A stretch of 64,000 nt of DNA, from assembly GCA_963799775.1 (NCBI GenBank), contig CAWCYD010000003.1, positions 1,120,001 through 1,184,000 of the forward strand. The letters are read 5' to 3'. The translations under genes were made by a program, and so were the position numbers. The stretch comes from an uncultured archaeon. Its GTDB lineage: Archaea > Thermoproteota > Nitrososphaeria > Nitrososphaerales > Gagatemarchaeaceae. Below the pieces are notes generated by a model. That model was not told the origin of the DNA and ran no database searches. It was given only the letters and a program-made list of their open reading frames with translations. Positions 28,720-39,874 of the stretch are shown here, one piece after another (the first letter of the stretch is position 1; each line of letters begins with the position of its first letter).

Positions 28720-30696
28720 TCATTCGCCTTTGAACTCTGGTTCCTTCTTCGAGAGGAAGGACGTTATCCCCTCCGAAGCGTCCTGGGATGAGAGGGTTAG
28801 GCCAAAGCTCCCCGCCTCGAAGAGCTGTCCCAGGTCCGTGGGTATCCCCTGCTGGGCGAGATTGATCGCGAGCTTCGACAGCTTCATAGAGATGGGCGCG
28901 CGTTTAGCGAGCTTCCTCGCGAAGCCCTCCACCTCGGTCTGGAAGGTCTCGTTAGGGTAGACCTTGTCGAGAAGGCCCGCAGCTAGAGCATCTGCGGCCT
29001 GCAGCCTTTCGCCGAAGTAGATCATCTCCTTGGCCTTGCTCGGCCCTACGAGGCGGAGGAGGCGCTGAGTGCCGCCGGCGCCGGGGATGATTCCGAGACT
29101 AGTCTCCGTCAGCCCGATCTGGCTCGACTGAGACGCGAGTCGAAAGTCGCACGCCATGGCCAGCTCGCACCCGCCTCCGAACGCGTACCCGTTGATCGCG
29201 GCGATCACGGGCTTCGGCATCTTCTCGAAGAGCGTGAAGACCTCGTACATCCTTCTTGCTGCCTCGAACGCCTTGAGGGAAGAGGAGAACTCGAACGCCG
29301 TAAGGTCCGCGCCGGCGCTGAATGCCTTCCCTCCTTCCCCTGAGAGGACCACGACCCTGATGCTGGAGTCCCTGGCGACATCTCCGCATGCTGCCTCGAG
29401 CTCGTCAATCATCTTCGGGGTGATCGTGTTGTGCCTGTGGGGTCGGTTCAGGACGACCCACGCGATGGGAGGGGCCTTCTTGACCGTGATCTCTTCCAAC
29501 TTGTTGGTCCGCGCGCCGTAGTCATAAAAACCTCTGCCCGAGGACACACCATTCTCACCTCGCCTTTCCATCTCAAGGAGCAGAGGGTCGGGAGAGTAGG
29601 CGCTGCCATGCTTCGACTCCTTGGCGCGGAGCGATCTGGCGACCCGGTCGATTCCCCACATGTCGGCCAGCTCGAGGATGCCCTGTGGGAAACCCAGGCC
29701 AAGCTTGACCGAGGCGTCAAGGTCATCCTTGGAACAGACGCCGCTCCTCAGGAGCCATGCGGCCGAGTTGATGCCGACCGAGAAGACGGCGAGAGGGTCG
29801 AGAGACTTTCCTTCTTCCCTCGTGTAGGAGGCTCTGCCGGCCGCGTAGTCGTAGAACCCTTGGCCCGTCTTGCGGCCTAGCTTGCCAGACTTCACCCTCT
29901 CTTGCAGCAAGGGAGCGATGGGCAGGAGAGAGCCCTCGCGCGAGGCCATCACCTTCGATGCGGCGTAGATCACGTCCAGTCCCGTGTGGTCGGCGAGCTC
30001 GAACAAGCCCATCGGGAGGCCGACGCTGTAGACGCAGCAGGAGTCCACCTCCGTCATCGTGGCCTCCTCTCTCTCGACGACCCAGACGGCCTCGTTGATC
30101 ATGGGGCCGATTATCCTGTTCACTATGAATCCGGGGACGTCCTTCTTGCAGACGACCGGCTGCTTGCCGATCGAGCGGCAGAACTCCACAGCCCGCTGGA
30201 CGCACTCATCGCCTGTGTGGTCTCCCTTCACCACCTCTACGAGAGGCATCAAGATCGGGGGATTGAAGAAGTGGATTCCGGCGACCCTCCCGGGGGTCCG
30301 GGTCGCTGCCGCGATCTCTGAGATGGGTATGCTGCTCGTGTTGCTGGCAAGGATCGAGGTAGTGTTGAGGGAGTCGAGGCGTGAGAACAACCGTCTCTTC
30401 AGGTCCAGGCTCATCGGGGGCGGCCTCGATCACAAGGTCGCAAGCGGCAGCGTCTGCTATCTCGGTGGTGGTCCTGATCGCCGCTCTCGCCTTCTCCGCG
30501 CTCTCCTTCGATATCTGGCCCTTCTCCACCAGCTTCGAGAGGCTCCAAGCGATCTTCTCCATCCCGGCGGTGAGGAACTTGGCCTCCACGTCATAGAGCA
30601 CCACACCGTATCCGCTCAAGGCGACGACTTCGGCTATCCCATGACCCATGGTCCCCGCGCCGAGCACGGCCACGGAGGAGATCCTTTGAGGTCCAT
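28720..30696 (-). CDS. 3-hydroxyacyl-CoA dehydrogenase / enoyl-CoA hydratase fusion (frameshifts near 30684 and 30413)
   Basis: GAGTMG, ASNTSS, HFFNP, PGFIVNR; AFSAGAD, GGGCE, PGAGGTQ. Confidence 0.93.
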
Positions 30697-30772
30697 TGCC
30701 CGGCGCCGCTAGCTTTCAAGCTTGAGTGCCGGGACCGGGTCCGACTCTAAAGGGGTTCCGGGAGGATGGGGG

Positions 30773-31003
30773 TCAGCCTGGAGGCGGAGAGATCATTATG
30801 ATGTTGTCTCCCCTCACGATCAAGGTCCCCAGAGAATTCGACTTGCCGTCGGTAGCGATCTCCTCGGCCTTTTCCAGAGACAGGTTCATGTGCTGGTCGA
30901 ACCCTTGGAGCGAGCCCCTGATCACCTTGCCGCCCTTCAGCTTGATCAGGACCACTTTGCCGAGACTGGTCTCGAGAACCTTGATCGCCATGTCAACTGA
31001 CAT
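30773..31003 (-). CDS. Sm/Lsm protein
   Basis: GFDQHMNL, IVRGDNI. Confidence 0.93.
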   Translation of the reverse strand: MSVDMAIKVLETSLGKVVLIKLKGGKVIRGSLQGFDQHMNLSLEKAEEIATDGKSNSLGTLIVRGDNIIMISPPPG

Positions 31004-31083
31004 TCTTTTCAGATATCTCCGGGTTGAGAATGAGCGTCATAGACTGGCTTTATTAAATTGACGCATGGCGACTGGCGCTGCGA

Positions 31084-31569
31084 TTGAAGAGGCAGGTAGC
31101 GTCGAAGCACGACTCCAGGGAGCTCATATCGGAGGTCGAGAGGTCCACAGGGATACACCTGGAGGTGCCGCGCTCTGCCCAGGTCGAGATAATCGAGCCT
31201 GAGGAAGGCTCCAAGTTCGTGATAGTCGACGGCCGCTTCACCTTCGTGAACGCCGACGGCAGCGGATACATCCCCTTCGTCGGGTCCGCGGAGACGGTGG
31301 GGCTCTTCCCCTCCGTGACCATCGACGAGGGCGCGCTCAAGTACATCATCAAGGGCGCCGATGTCATGCGCCCGGGGATTTCCAAGTATGACGATTGGGG
31401 GGACGCGGGCAAGATCGTCGTCGTAAGAGAGGACAAGAAGGGCAGGGCGGCCGCGATAGGTAGGACGGCCGTCCGGAGCTCAGAGATGGCCGAGCTGAAG
31501 AAGGGGAACTGCGTCAAGAACATACACCACGCAGGCGACAAGTTCTGGGACGCCCACAAGCTTGTGTAG
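31084..31569 (+). CDS. PUA-domain RNA-binding protein
   Basis: DEGALKYIIKGADVMRPGI, HHAGD. Confidence 0.9.
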   Translation: MKRQVASKHDSRELISEVERSTGIHLEVPRSAQVEIIEPEEGSKFVIVDGRFTFVNADGSGYIPFVGSAETVGLFPSVTIDEGALKYIIKGADVMRPGISKYDDWGDAGKIVVVREDKKGRAAAIGRTAVRSSEMAELKKGNCVKNIHHAGDKFWDAHKLV

Positions 31570-31620
31570 GTCAGGGCCTGCCGGTCTCGTCTCCCGCGTT
31601 TATGTTTAAAAGCCAGGGCA

Positions 31621-31963
31621 ATGTCTTATGGAGTGATAAAACTAGGTTTGGAATCCACCGTGACAGCCGAGGAGACAGAGGAGACGCCCACCCAAGAAGG
31701 AGGGGAGATGCTGCTAAAGGCCCTGCAGCTGAGGAGCGCCGATGGACCTTCAAGGCATCCAGGACGATGTAGCCAAGAGGACCATTGTGATCCTGAGGGT
31801 AACGCCTCTGGCCCAGAAGAGCGTGGAGGACCTGAAGACTGTCGTCGAGCAGCTCTACGAGTTCTCGACGTCGATAGGCGGAGACATCGCCAGACTCGGA
31901 GAGGAGAGGATAGTCATCACTCCTCCCGGCGTCAGGATCTGGAGAGGCTCCCTCTCCGGTTAG
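31621..31963 (+). CDS. sepF: SepF-family protein (frameshift near 31743)
   Basis: GGDIARLGEERIVITP. Confidence 0.8.
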
Positions 31964-33875
31964 AAGACGCGGAACGCTTCTTGCACTGCGGGTCTCAACA
32001 CCGGGACCCGGTATATCCGCTGGATCGCGTAAGCCAGGTTCTCTATCTTCCTCTTGTCTCCGTGCTGGACGACGACCTGCTGGAGCTTCGGGCGCATCTT
32101 CCCGATGAACCTGATTATCTGGTTGTAGTCGCTGTGCCCGCTGAAGCCCTCGACCTTCTCGGTCTTCGCGTTGACGTCGACTATCTTGATCTTCCCGTTG
32201 TCCCCGAGGAGGCTCGCCTGGTGAGTGCCGTCGAGTACCCGCCTCCCCAGCGTGCCCTGCACCTGATATGAGACGAAGAGTATCTTGTTCCTGTCCGAAG
32301 GGGCGATGTGCTCGAAGTACTGGAGCACTGGCCCGCCCTCTAGCATGCCCGAGGTCGCCATGATGACTGCAGGCCCCTCCCTCAGCGCCTCGTCGCGGTT
32401 GGACGGGTGCTCGATCGAGGTGAAGTATTCGCTGACGAAGGGGTTCACTCCCTGCTCGAGTATCTTGGCCCTCAGCTCGCGCGAGAGGTAGTCCGCGTAT
32501 GAGACGTGGATCGCCGTTGCCTCCGATATCATCCCCTCCAGGAAGACCGGGGCCTCGGTGAGGGACCTTGTTCCTCATGTAGTGGTCGAGGACGAGTATG
32601 ATCTCCTGCGCCCTTCCGACCGCAGGGATGGGTATCAGGACCTTGCCGCCGTTCGCGAGCGTGCTGTTGATCGCGTTGACGAAGTTCATCTCGACCTCCT
32701 CGCGCGGGGGCATTATGTCCTCCTTGTTCCCGTATGTCGCCTCGGTGATGAGCGTCTCGACTCTTGGGTAGTTCCAGCTCGCCGAGTCGAAGAGCTGGGT
32801 CCTTCCGTACTTGTAGTCGCCGGTGTAGACGATGTTGTGCACGCCCTCTCCGATGTGGAGGTGGACCGTGGCCGAGCCGAGTATGTGCCCGGCGTTGTTG
32901 AGGACGAGCTTGATGTCGGGCGAGATGTCGGTGACCGTCCCGTACTGGAGCGTTATCGTGTGCTGGATGAGGTCCCGGATGTCCTTCTGGTCGTAGAGGA
33001 CCCTCCCGCCCTCCATCTGGGCGATCTTGATGAAATCGTTCTGGAGGAGCGTCATCAGGGGAAGCGTCGGCTCCGTGCAGTAGACCGGGCCGTCGTAGCC
33101 GAACTTGTAGAGCGCAGGGAGGAACCCCATGTGGTCGAGGTGGCCGTGGCTCAGGACGACGGCGTCTATCTCGTTCAGGTTGACGTCCGCCCAGTCAAGG
33201 CGAGGGTAGGCGTCCCAGCTGTTCTTCGCCCCGGGGGAGATCCCAGCGTCCATCAGCACCTTGCTCTCCGAGGTCTCGACGAGCCAGCTCGACCTCCCCA
33301 CCTCCTGTCCCGCGCCGAGGCACTTTATCGTGACATGCTCGGCCGAGGTGAACCGAGGGCGGAAGATGCTCTCGCCCAGCTCCCTGTAGAACCTCTCCCT
33401 CTCGTCGCTCCCGGTCCTCATCGCGTAATACATGGTCTGGATGGCAGAGGACGCGATGTGAGGGGCCTTTCTCACCTTGATCTTCCAACCCGTGCTCCCC
33501 ATCAGCTCGCCCAGGTCGTAGCCCACGTCGGGGGAGAGGGCAGCTTGGGTTGCTGGCCTCGATCGTGACCTCGCCCGTGGCGTCGTCGAAGAAGAAGTTC
33601 GAAGCGCCGGCCTCGACTGGGAGCGCCTTCTCCAGTATCGCCTTTGCGTCCTGCTCCTGCTTCCTTATCGACTTCTCAGTGCGCGTCACGACCCGCTTCT
33701 TGACAGTGTTTACTATCTCAGAGATGATGTAGTTGTTCTGGTGCAGATACTTTGGGTTCTTGGTATAGAGCGCGATCCTCGGCCCTTCGTACTCTATCCT
33801 CGTGATCTGAGCCTCCGCTGGGATACTGTTGAGAATCGTCCCCATGAGGCTTACGTGGTTTGCCTTCTGCGCCAA
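31960..33875 (-). CDS. Beta-CASP ribonuclease aCPSF1 with KH domains (frameshifts near 33543 and 32563)
   Basis: EYEGP, EVGRS, SHGHLDH, AGHILGS, GRAQE, GFSGHSD. Confidence 0.95.
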
Positions 33876-33878
33876 GCG

Positions 33879-34538
33879 TTAACTGCGTCCCGCGAACTGA
33901 GCGAGGAGCTTTTCCTTCTCCTGCTCTGAGACCTCCCTGAACCCCGCCTTGTCAATGATGGCGATGTCGAAACTGTCGCCTGTGAAGACGTTGCGCCTCA
34001 TCGCAGCGATGATCGCGTTGCCGGCCAGGGTGACGCCCTTTGCGACAGTCATGCCCTCCTGGTAACCCTCCTCAAGCACTCCCAGGGCGACAGGCGAGCC
34101 GCTCCCCGTCGCCGTCACCTTCTCGGGCAGGGCCGACCCGAACAGGTCGACGTTGTAGATCGAGCCGCCGGTCGAGTCGTATCCTCCGACTATAACGATG
34201 GCGATGTACGGGTAGTATCGGGAACCGAAAAGGATGTTCGAGACTATCCTCGCGGCCGACTTGACCGGGAGGGGGACGTTCTTCTCGATCCTGTAGCTGT
34301 TAGCGTAATACTTCAGGCTGTCCACGACGTTCTGGGCGTCCGCGACGCCTCCGGAGATCGTCACCGCGAGATGGCGGTCGACCTGGAGGAGCTTCTTGCC
34401 CCTCTTGTGGGCGATGAACCCTCCGGCCGTGACCCTCGTGTCGGTGGCCAGGACGACGCCGTCGGAGCAGACCAACCCCACGGTGGTCGTGCCGTGATAT
34501 CTGGTGTGTTCCGGTATCTTTTGGGTCGTGGCGCTCAA
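33879..34538 (-). CDS. psmB: Proteasome beta subunit (active-type, HG|TTT)
   Basis: GTTTVG, TGSGS. Confidence 0.94.
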   Translation of the reverse strand: MSATTQKIPEHTRYHGTTTVGLVCSDGVVLATDTRVTAGGFIAHKRGKKLLQVDRHLAVTISGGVADAQNVVDSLKYYANSYRIEKNVPLPVKSAARIVSNILFGSRYYPYIAIVIVGGYDSTGGSIYNVDLFGSALPEKVTATGSGSPVALGVLEEGYQEGMTVAKGVTLAGNAIIAAMRRNVFTGDSFDIAIIDKAGFREVSEQEKEKLLAQFAGRS

Positions 34539-34749
34539 ATCGATTTCTCTCTTTCTCAGTGTCTATGGTTCTTAGTTATATGCGGAAAGTCCCCCGTAGG
34601 AGGACAGGACTGCTAGGTCTCTAACGCTTAATTAACTTTTGCGTGGACGGTGCCATCGCCCGGATGAAAAGTCCAGGCTCCCGCCGCGTTGGGGCTCTCA
34701 GGCCCCGGCTTGCGAAGTTTTTATTCTCCGGATTGTCGACCACGACACG

Positions 34750-35790
34750 ATGCCGCTGGGCTCCCACACGATGGAGTTCCCTCGGCGAATCCGGATCGGC
34801 GACGGGATTCTCAGGGAGCTGGGCGAGTTTGTCGAGTTCCCGAAGGGCGCAAGGTCGGCCGTGATAGCCTCGGGCGTCAACGTGAAGGAGAAGGTGAGAG
34901 ACGTCGTGACCAAGTCGATGGAAGCCCGCCTGGACTGGGTGGAGGTCGACTCCTCGGACCTGAGGAACGTCCAGAAGGTGATCAAGGCTGCTTCCAAGGC
35001 GTATTGCATCATCGGGATCGGCGGCGGCAAGAGCGTGGACGTCGGAAAGCTCGCCGCCTACAGGATCAACAAGCCGTTCTTCTCCGTGCCGACGAGCGCC
35101 TCGCACGACGGGATCTCCAGCCCCTTCGCGTCGATAACCGGGAGCGGGACGCACTACTCGGAGAGGGCGAAGCCGCCGGTGGGGATACTGGCGGATGTCG
35201 ACGTGATAGCGGCAGCCCCGAAGAGACTGGAGGCAGCAGGGTGCGGGGACCTCGTCTCGAAGCTCACCGCGGTCAAGGACTGGGAGCTGGCGAGCCGGGA
35301 GACAGGAGAGTACTTCGGCGGCTACGCCGCGAACCTCGCCATGATGAGCGCGCAAGTCTTCATGGAGGGCTCCAAGAAGATCGGCTCCTACGACCGAGCG
35401 TCCGCGAGGGCCCTCGTGGAAGGGCTCATCAGCGCAGGGGTGGCGGCCGGCATCGCGGGGAGCAGCCGACCCTGCAGCGGGTCGGAGCACCTCTTCAGCC
35501 ACGCGCTGGACGCCATATGCCCCGGGAAGGGCCTTCATGGCGAGCAGTGCGGTATCGGCACGATAATGATGGCCTCGCTCCACGGCCTCGACTGGATGGG
35601 TGTCAGGAGGGCGCTGAAGGACGTGAAGGCCCCGACCACCGGGGCAGAGCTCGGGATCTCGGACGTCGAGATAAAGACGGCGCTGGTCAAGGCTCCGTCG
35701 ATAAGGCCCGACCGCTATACGATATTGACGAAGGTCAAGCTCAACAAGAAGAGCGCAGGGGAGCTGGCGAAGAAGACGGGCGTGACCTGA
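34750..35790 (+). CDS. egsA: sn-glycerol-1-phosphate dehydrogenase
   Basis: GGGKSVDVGK, SHDGISS, SGSEHLFSH, LHGEQCG. Confidence 0.95.
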   Translation: MPLGSHTMEFPRRIRIGDGILRELGEFVEFPKGARSAVIASGVNVKEKVRDVVTKSMEARLDWVEVDSSDLRNVQKVIKAASKAYCIIGIGGGKSVDVGKLAAYRINKPFFSVPTSASHDGISSPFASITGSGTHYSERAKPPVGILADVDVIAAAPKRLEAAGCGDLVSKLTAVKDWELASRETGEYFGGYAANLAMMSAQVFMEGSKKIGSYDRASARALVEGLISAGVAAGIAGSSRPCSGSEHLFSHALDAICPGKGLHGEQCGIGTIMMASLHGLDWMGVRRALKDVKAPTTGAELGISDVEIKTALVKAPSIRPDRYTILTKVKLNKKSAGELAKKTGVT

Positions 35791-35795
35791 GCAGG

Positions 35796-36584
35796 CTAGG
35801 CGGTCTGCTTTGCTTCCTGCTTCTTCTCGGCGGCAGACTCTGGCTTGGCTTCCTCGGAGGCCTCCGGGGAGGACTGCTTGCCCTTGGCCTTCGCGGCTTC
35901 CTCTTTCCTCGGGTAGACCTCGGTGAACGTCACCTTCTTCACGTCCGGGACGAAGTGCAGGATGTCGTTCGCTATGCCCCTCTTGATGAACTGCAGCCCT
36001 TCGACAAGGAAGGCCTCGTCCGGGACTGACACGTCGACCTCCCCTTCCTTCTGGGTGAACGCGAGCTTCTCCCCTTCTCCGGGGAATCGCCTCTTCATGA
36101 GCGAGCGTATGGTGTCCTCTCCCGGTTCGACCTTTCTCAATGCCTCGATGTCGTAGACGAGGGTCTTGCCGGCGAGCTTGTGGTTGAAATCGACCTGAGC
36201 GCGGCCCGAGCCGATGAACCTGATTACTGCGACCCTGTTGTCTATCTCGACCTCGTCGCCGACCCTCAGCTCGTCAGCCTTGTCCCCGAACTTGCGCAAC
36301 GGGACCATGCGCATCAGGGTCGGGGCCCCTCCGCCCCAGGCCCTGTCTGGCGGGAGCTCCGCCGTCTTCTTCTCCCCGACGTCCATCTTGGATATCTCCT
36401 CGTCGAGGCCCTTTAGCACCCACTCCTCGCCGACCGCCACCAGCCGAGGCTCGTAGCGCCTGTCGGCGTCGTAGATGTCCAGCTTCTTCGCCTCGTCCTC
36501 CACGGTGGTCTCTATCGGCTCACCCGTGTCCTTGACCTTCGCGCTGTAGTTCACATAGACGAGAGTCCCTTTGGTAAACGGCAT
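35796..36584 (-). CDS. Long-type FKBP peptidyl-prolyl isomerase
   Basis: VDFNHKLAGKTL. Confidence 0.92.
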   Translation of the reverse strand: MPFTKGTLVYVNYSAKVKDTGEPIETTVEDEAKKLDIYDADRRYEPRLVAVGEEWVLKGLDEEISKMDVGEKKTAELPPDRAWGGGAPTLMRMVPLRKFGDKADELRVGDEVEIDNRVAVIRFIGSGRAQVDFNHKLAGKTLVYDIEALRKVEPGEDTIRSLMKRRFPGEGEKLAFTQKEGEVDVSVPDEAFLVEGLQFIKRGIANDILHFVPDVKKVTFTEVYPRKEEAAKAKGKQSSPEASEEAKPESAAEKKQEAKQTA

Positions 36585-36679
36585 TGGGTATGAAGCACTC
36601 ACCGTCGCTGGTGGTCAGTTTTTAAATGCTTAGTGCTCGGTAACTGGTAACTCCTCGGCGCATGGGTGATTTTATACCT

Positions 36680-36985
36680 CTTCGACATGTCTGGAGCATG
36701 TCGGGGCGCTCGACGCGCGGGGAGGAGCTCCGCGATCCTGCAAAAAAGGGGAACGTCGAGCACGACCGGACGGTATGTCCGGATGGGTCGGGGCCCATCC
36801 AAGCGGGGGCGGTCGAGGTTCCACCGTTCCCATCCTCTGTCGCAGGAGGCTACCTACCTCAGTGCGAAGGGGAGGAAGGGCTGGCAGGTGAAGCGATGAC
36901 CGGGAACGGGACGACGACCCTAATCCTCCGAGTCGATGCCAGCAAGTTGGCTCGACAGCGGCGTGAGCCGAAGAGCTAACAGAAC
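36680..36985 (+). ncRNA. Candidate structured ncRNA of unknown class
   Basis: At least six stems, GNRA-capped hairpin, TTTATA upstream; no convincing protein. Confidence 0.4.
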
Positions 36986-36997
36986 CAGTGCTCGTCT

Positions 36998-38143
36998 CTA
37001 ACGGACCGCGACGTCGACGGCGGCCTTCAGGTCGACCGGGTGGCCCAGCTTGGTCAGCGTCTTCGCCATCGCGGCGACGGTCGTCTGGATGTCGGAGCTC
37101 GTCACGTTGCCCATCGAGCCCAGCCTAAGGATCTTCCCCTTGAGGGGGCCGAAGCCTCCGGTTATCACGACGTCGAACTCGTCGCTCATGATGCTCCTGA
37201 AATGCTCGTCGTCGACGCCTTTCGGACACTTTATGGTGATGACGGTGTTGGAGCGGTTGTCTCTCTCGGCGAAGCACTCGAGGCCCATCGACTCGGCGGC
37301 GGAGTAGAGCTGTGAGGCGCACTTTGTGTGTCTCGCCACCCTCTTCTCGAGCGTCTCCTCTTCCAGGACGGCGAGCGCCTCGTCAAGCGCGTAATAGAGA
37401 GAGACGGCGGGCGTGAAGGGGGTGTATCCGTGCTCCAGAAAGTCCAGGTGCTTGGCGAGGTCGAAGTATCTCACGGTCGCCGGGGTGCGCTTGAGGTAGT
37501 CGGCGACGGCCCGGTTCAGCGAGATGAGCACCAGCCCGGGTGGCGCCGCGATGCACTTTTGGCTGGCCGTGACGCACATGTCTACCTCCCAATCGTCCAC
37601 CGGGACCGAGTAGCCCCCTATGCTCGAGACTCCGTCGACGACCATGAATGCGTGCTTCTCGTGGGCGGCCTTCGCGAGCTCGCGGATGTACGGGATGGCG
37701 ACCCCCGTGCTCGTCTCGTTGTGCACCGTGTAGACCGCCTTTAGGTTCTCTGTCCTCCTGATGGCCTCGCGGACCTCTTCGAGGCGCGGGACGCTCCCCG
37801 GCTCCGCGAAGACCTTGACGACGTTCCCCCCGGCGAGCTCGATAGCCTCGGCGAGCCGCTGACCGAACTCTCCATAGACGGGGACGACCACGTTGTCTCC
37901 CCGCCTGACGAGCGCGAAGGCGACCGCCTCGACGCCTCCGGTCCCCGACGCAGTTATCGTGACTATGTGCTCCTTCGTCTGGAAGAGGTACTTGCTCCTC
38001 TCCGTGATGCTCGCTAGGAGCTGCGTGAACTCCTCAGACCTGTGGTTGATCATGGGCTTTAGCATCGCCTTCATGACCCTGTCCGAGACGTTGGTGGGGC
38101 CCGGGACCATCAGGAGCTTCTTCTTCGGCGAGACCGTGGGCAT
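36998..38143 (-). CDS. Class V aminotransferase (serine-pyruvate / alanine-glyoxylate type)
   Basis: MVPGPT, HRS, HNETSTG, TASQKC, PFTP. Confidence 0.93.
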   Translation of the reverse strand: MPTVSPKKKLLMVPGPTNVSDRVMKAMLKPMINHRSEEFTQLLASITERSKYLFQTKEHIVTITASGTGGVEAVAFALVRRGDNVVVPVYGEFGQRLAEAIELAGGNVVKVFAEPGSVPRLEEVREAIRRTENLKAVYTVHNETSTGVAIPYIRELAKAAHEKHAFMVVDGVSSIGGYSVPVDDWEVDMCVTASQKCIAAPPGLVLISLNRAVADYLKRTPATVRYFDLAKHLDFLEHGYTPFTPAVSLYYALDEALAVLEEETLEKRVARHTKCASQLYSAAESMGLECFAERDNRSNTVITIKCPKGVDDEHFRSIMSDEFDVVITGGFGPLKGKILRLGSMGNVTSSDIQTTVAAMAKTLTKLGHPVDLKAAVDVAVR

Positions 38144-38155
38144 GCTGCTCTCCCC

Positions 38156-38686
38156 CTACCCCTCTCCTTCAAGGTCTTTGTGAATCATGCTTCTAACCCT
38201 CTCCACCCCACCGATGCTCTTGACCATCGACGCGACCGTCTCTGGGACGAGCTTGTCCCACTCCTTCATCTCGAGGATCCTGTTCCGGACGTTCGTCGCG
38301 GAGTAAGACGACCTCTCCAGGTACTTGACCGCCTCCACGTTGACTCCTTCTTCCTTCAGGAGCCTTGTCGTGAGGCCGTCGTTGGTGAAGACGGTGTCGA
38401 AAGGAGGCACGCTCGCTCTTAGGATCGCCGGCCAGAGCGCGTGAGACTCTGTGTCTGCAATCGGGATTGCCATCCACTTCGACGGGTCGACGCCGCTAGA
38501 GTCGAGCGCGGCCTTGATCATCGCTATCCTCTCACCCGAGGTGAAGGGGTTGTCGCGTTCGTGGTTCCTCTGCGAGCTCCCGACGACGATGTAGAGGTAG
38601 TCCACCTTTGTCAGGGCATAGCGGACCGCTTCTAGATGCCCGTTGTGGAAAGGCTGGAATCTTCCCACAAGTACGCCGACGGCCAA
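38156..38686 (-). CDS. nadM: Nicotinamide-nucleotide adenylyltransferase
   Basis: GRFQPFHNGH, NPFTSGER, SATNVR. Confidence 0.94.
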   Translation of the reverse strand: MAVGVLVGRFQPFHNGHLEAVRYALTKVDYLYIVVGSSQRNHERDNPFTSGERIAMIKAALDSSGVDPSKWMAIPIADTESHALWPAILRASVPPFDTVFTNDGLTTRLLKEEGVNVEAVKYLERSSYSATNVRNRILEMKEWDKLVPETVASMVKSIGGVERVRSMIHKDLEGEG

Positions 38687-38792
38687 AGACCCTCTCACGC
38701 TGCGGATTTTCGGTGAGTATTTAAGACGTTTATGCCCCGCTCGAGCACTTACGACAAGTGCGAACGGCGGCCCTTCGCCGAGCTCCACGCCG

Positions 38793-39829
38793 GTGGAGGT
38801 GGACGGTTCTTTTGGCGAGGGCGGCGGACAGATCCTGAGGACAGCGATCTGTTTCGCGATGGTCTTCGGCATCCCAATCCACGTCACGAAGATCCGTGCT
38901 GGGAGGAAGGTCACGGGGCTCAGGCCCCAGCACTCGGCGACGATCAAGATCCTTGGGGAGATATGCTCTGCCAAGGTCGAGGGAGCTGAGGTCGGCTCGA
39001 CAGAGTTGAGGTTCTTCCCCGGCCAGGTCGACGAGGAGAGAGGCTCTTTCAACCTCGGGACCGCAGCGAGCATCCCACTCGTCCTGCAGGCGGTGATACC
39101 TGCCGTCTCCCTCATGGGCAAGGCATACGACCTGGACTTGGTGGGGGGGACGGACGTGCCATGGAGCCCCACCTCGGACTACCTCGAGAAGGTGGTCCTT
39201 CCTGCGATGAGGGAGGTAGGGATCGGCTTCTCGTTCCAGGTCGGAAGGCGGGGGTATTATCCCAACGGGGGAGGGACGGCCAAGATCCACATTGAGGCAT
39301 GCAAGAAGGTGCTGGCCCTGGACCTCTCGAAAGAGAGGAGCGGCCCGAAGCGGGCTTCTCTGGTGAGCCGGTGCGCAAGGCTGCCCGTGAGCGTAGCCGA
39401 GAGGCAGGCGAGGGCGGCAAGCTCCTTCCTCGAGAGAGGGGGTGTCGACGTGGTTTTGAGGGACGTCCGGCTCGAAGAGGCGGTCTCGCCGGGGAGCTCC
39501 ATCCTCGTCTCGCTGGTCGAGGCAGGTTCCTATCTCGGTGGGGACTCGATGGGGCCAGAGGGAAGCCCGCCGAGACTGTGGGGCGAGAGGCGTCGGAGAG
39601 GTTCCTCGCCGCCCTCGAAACTGAAGCGAGGGTGGACGCGCACCTCGCGGACATGCTCGCCCCTGTCCTCTGTCTCGCGGAGTCGCCCTCAGCCCTCCGA
39701 ATCCCCTTCGTCACGGAGCACCTCAGGACGAGCCTGCAAGTGGCAAGACAGTTCACCTCGGCGAATCACAGGTTCGAGTCGGTGGGAGACGCGACGCTGC
39801 TCCTAATCTCGCCGGAGAGAGCAAAATAG
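38793..39829 (+). CDS. rtcA: RNA 3'-terminal phosphate cyclase (frameshift near 39553)
   Basis: DGSFGEGGGQILR, GLRPQH, GGTDVPWSP, DAHLAD. Confidence 0.93.
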
Positions 39830-39874
39830 CTAATAACACCGCACCAACGGCGAATCCTAGGTAATCAGATCAAG

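Noticed and set aside
34590-34700. Fluoride riboswitch-like GGCGATGG on the minus strand
   Set aside because: No pseudoknot partner or downstream consensus, and no fluoride-related gene
36720-36995. RNase P or SRP RNA
   Set aside because: GAGGAGCTCC and ACAGAA resemble RNase P conserved regions, but P4 cannot be formed; no SRP helix-8 motif
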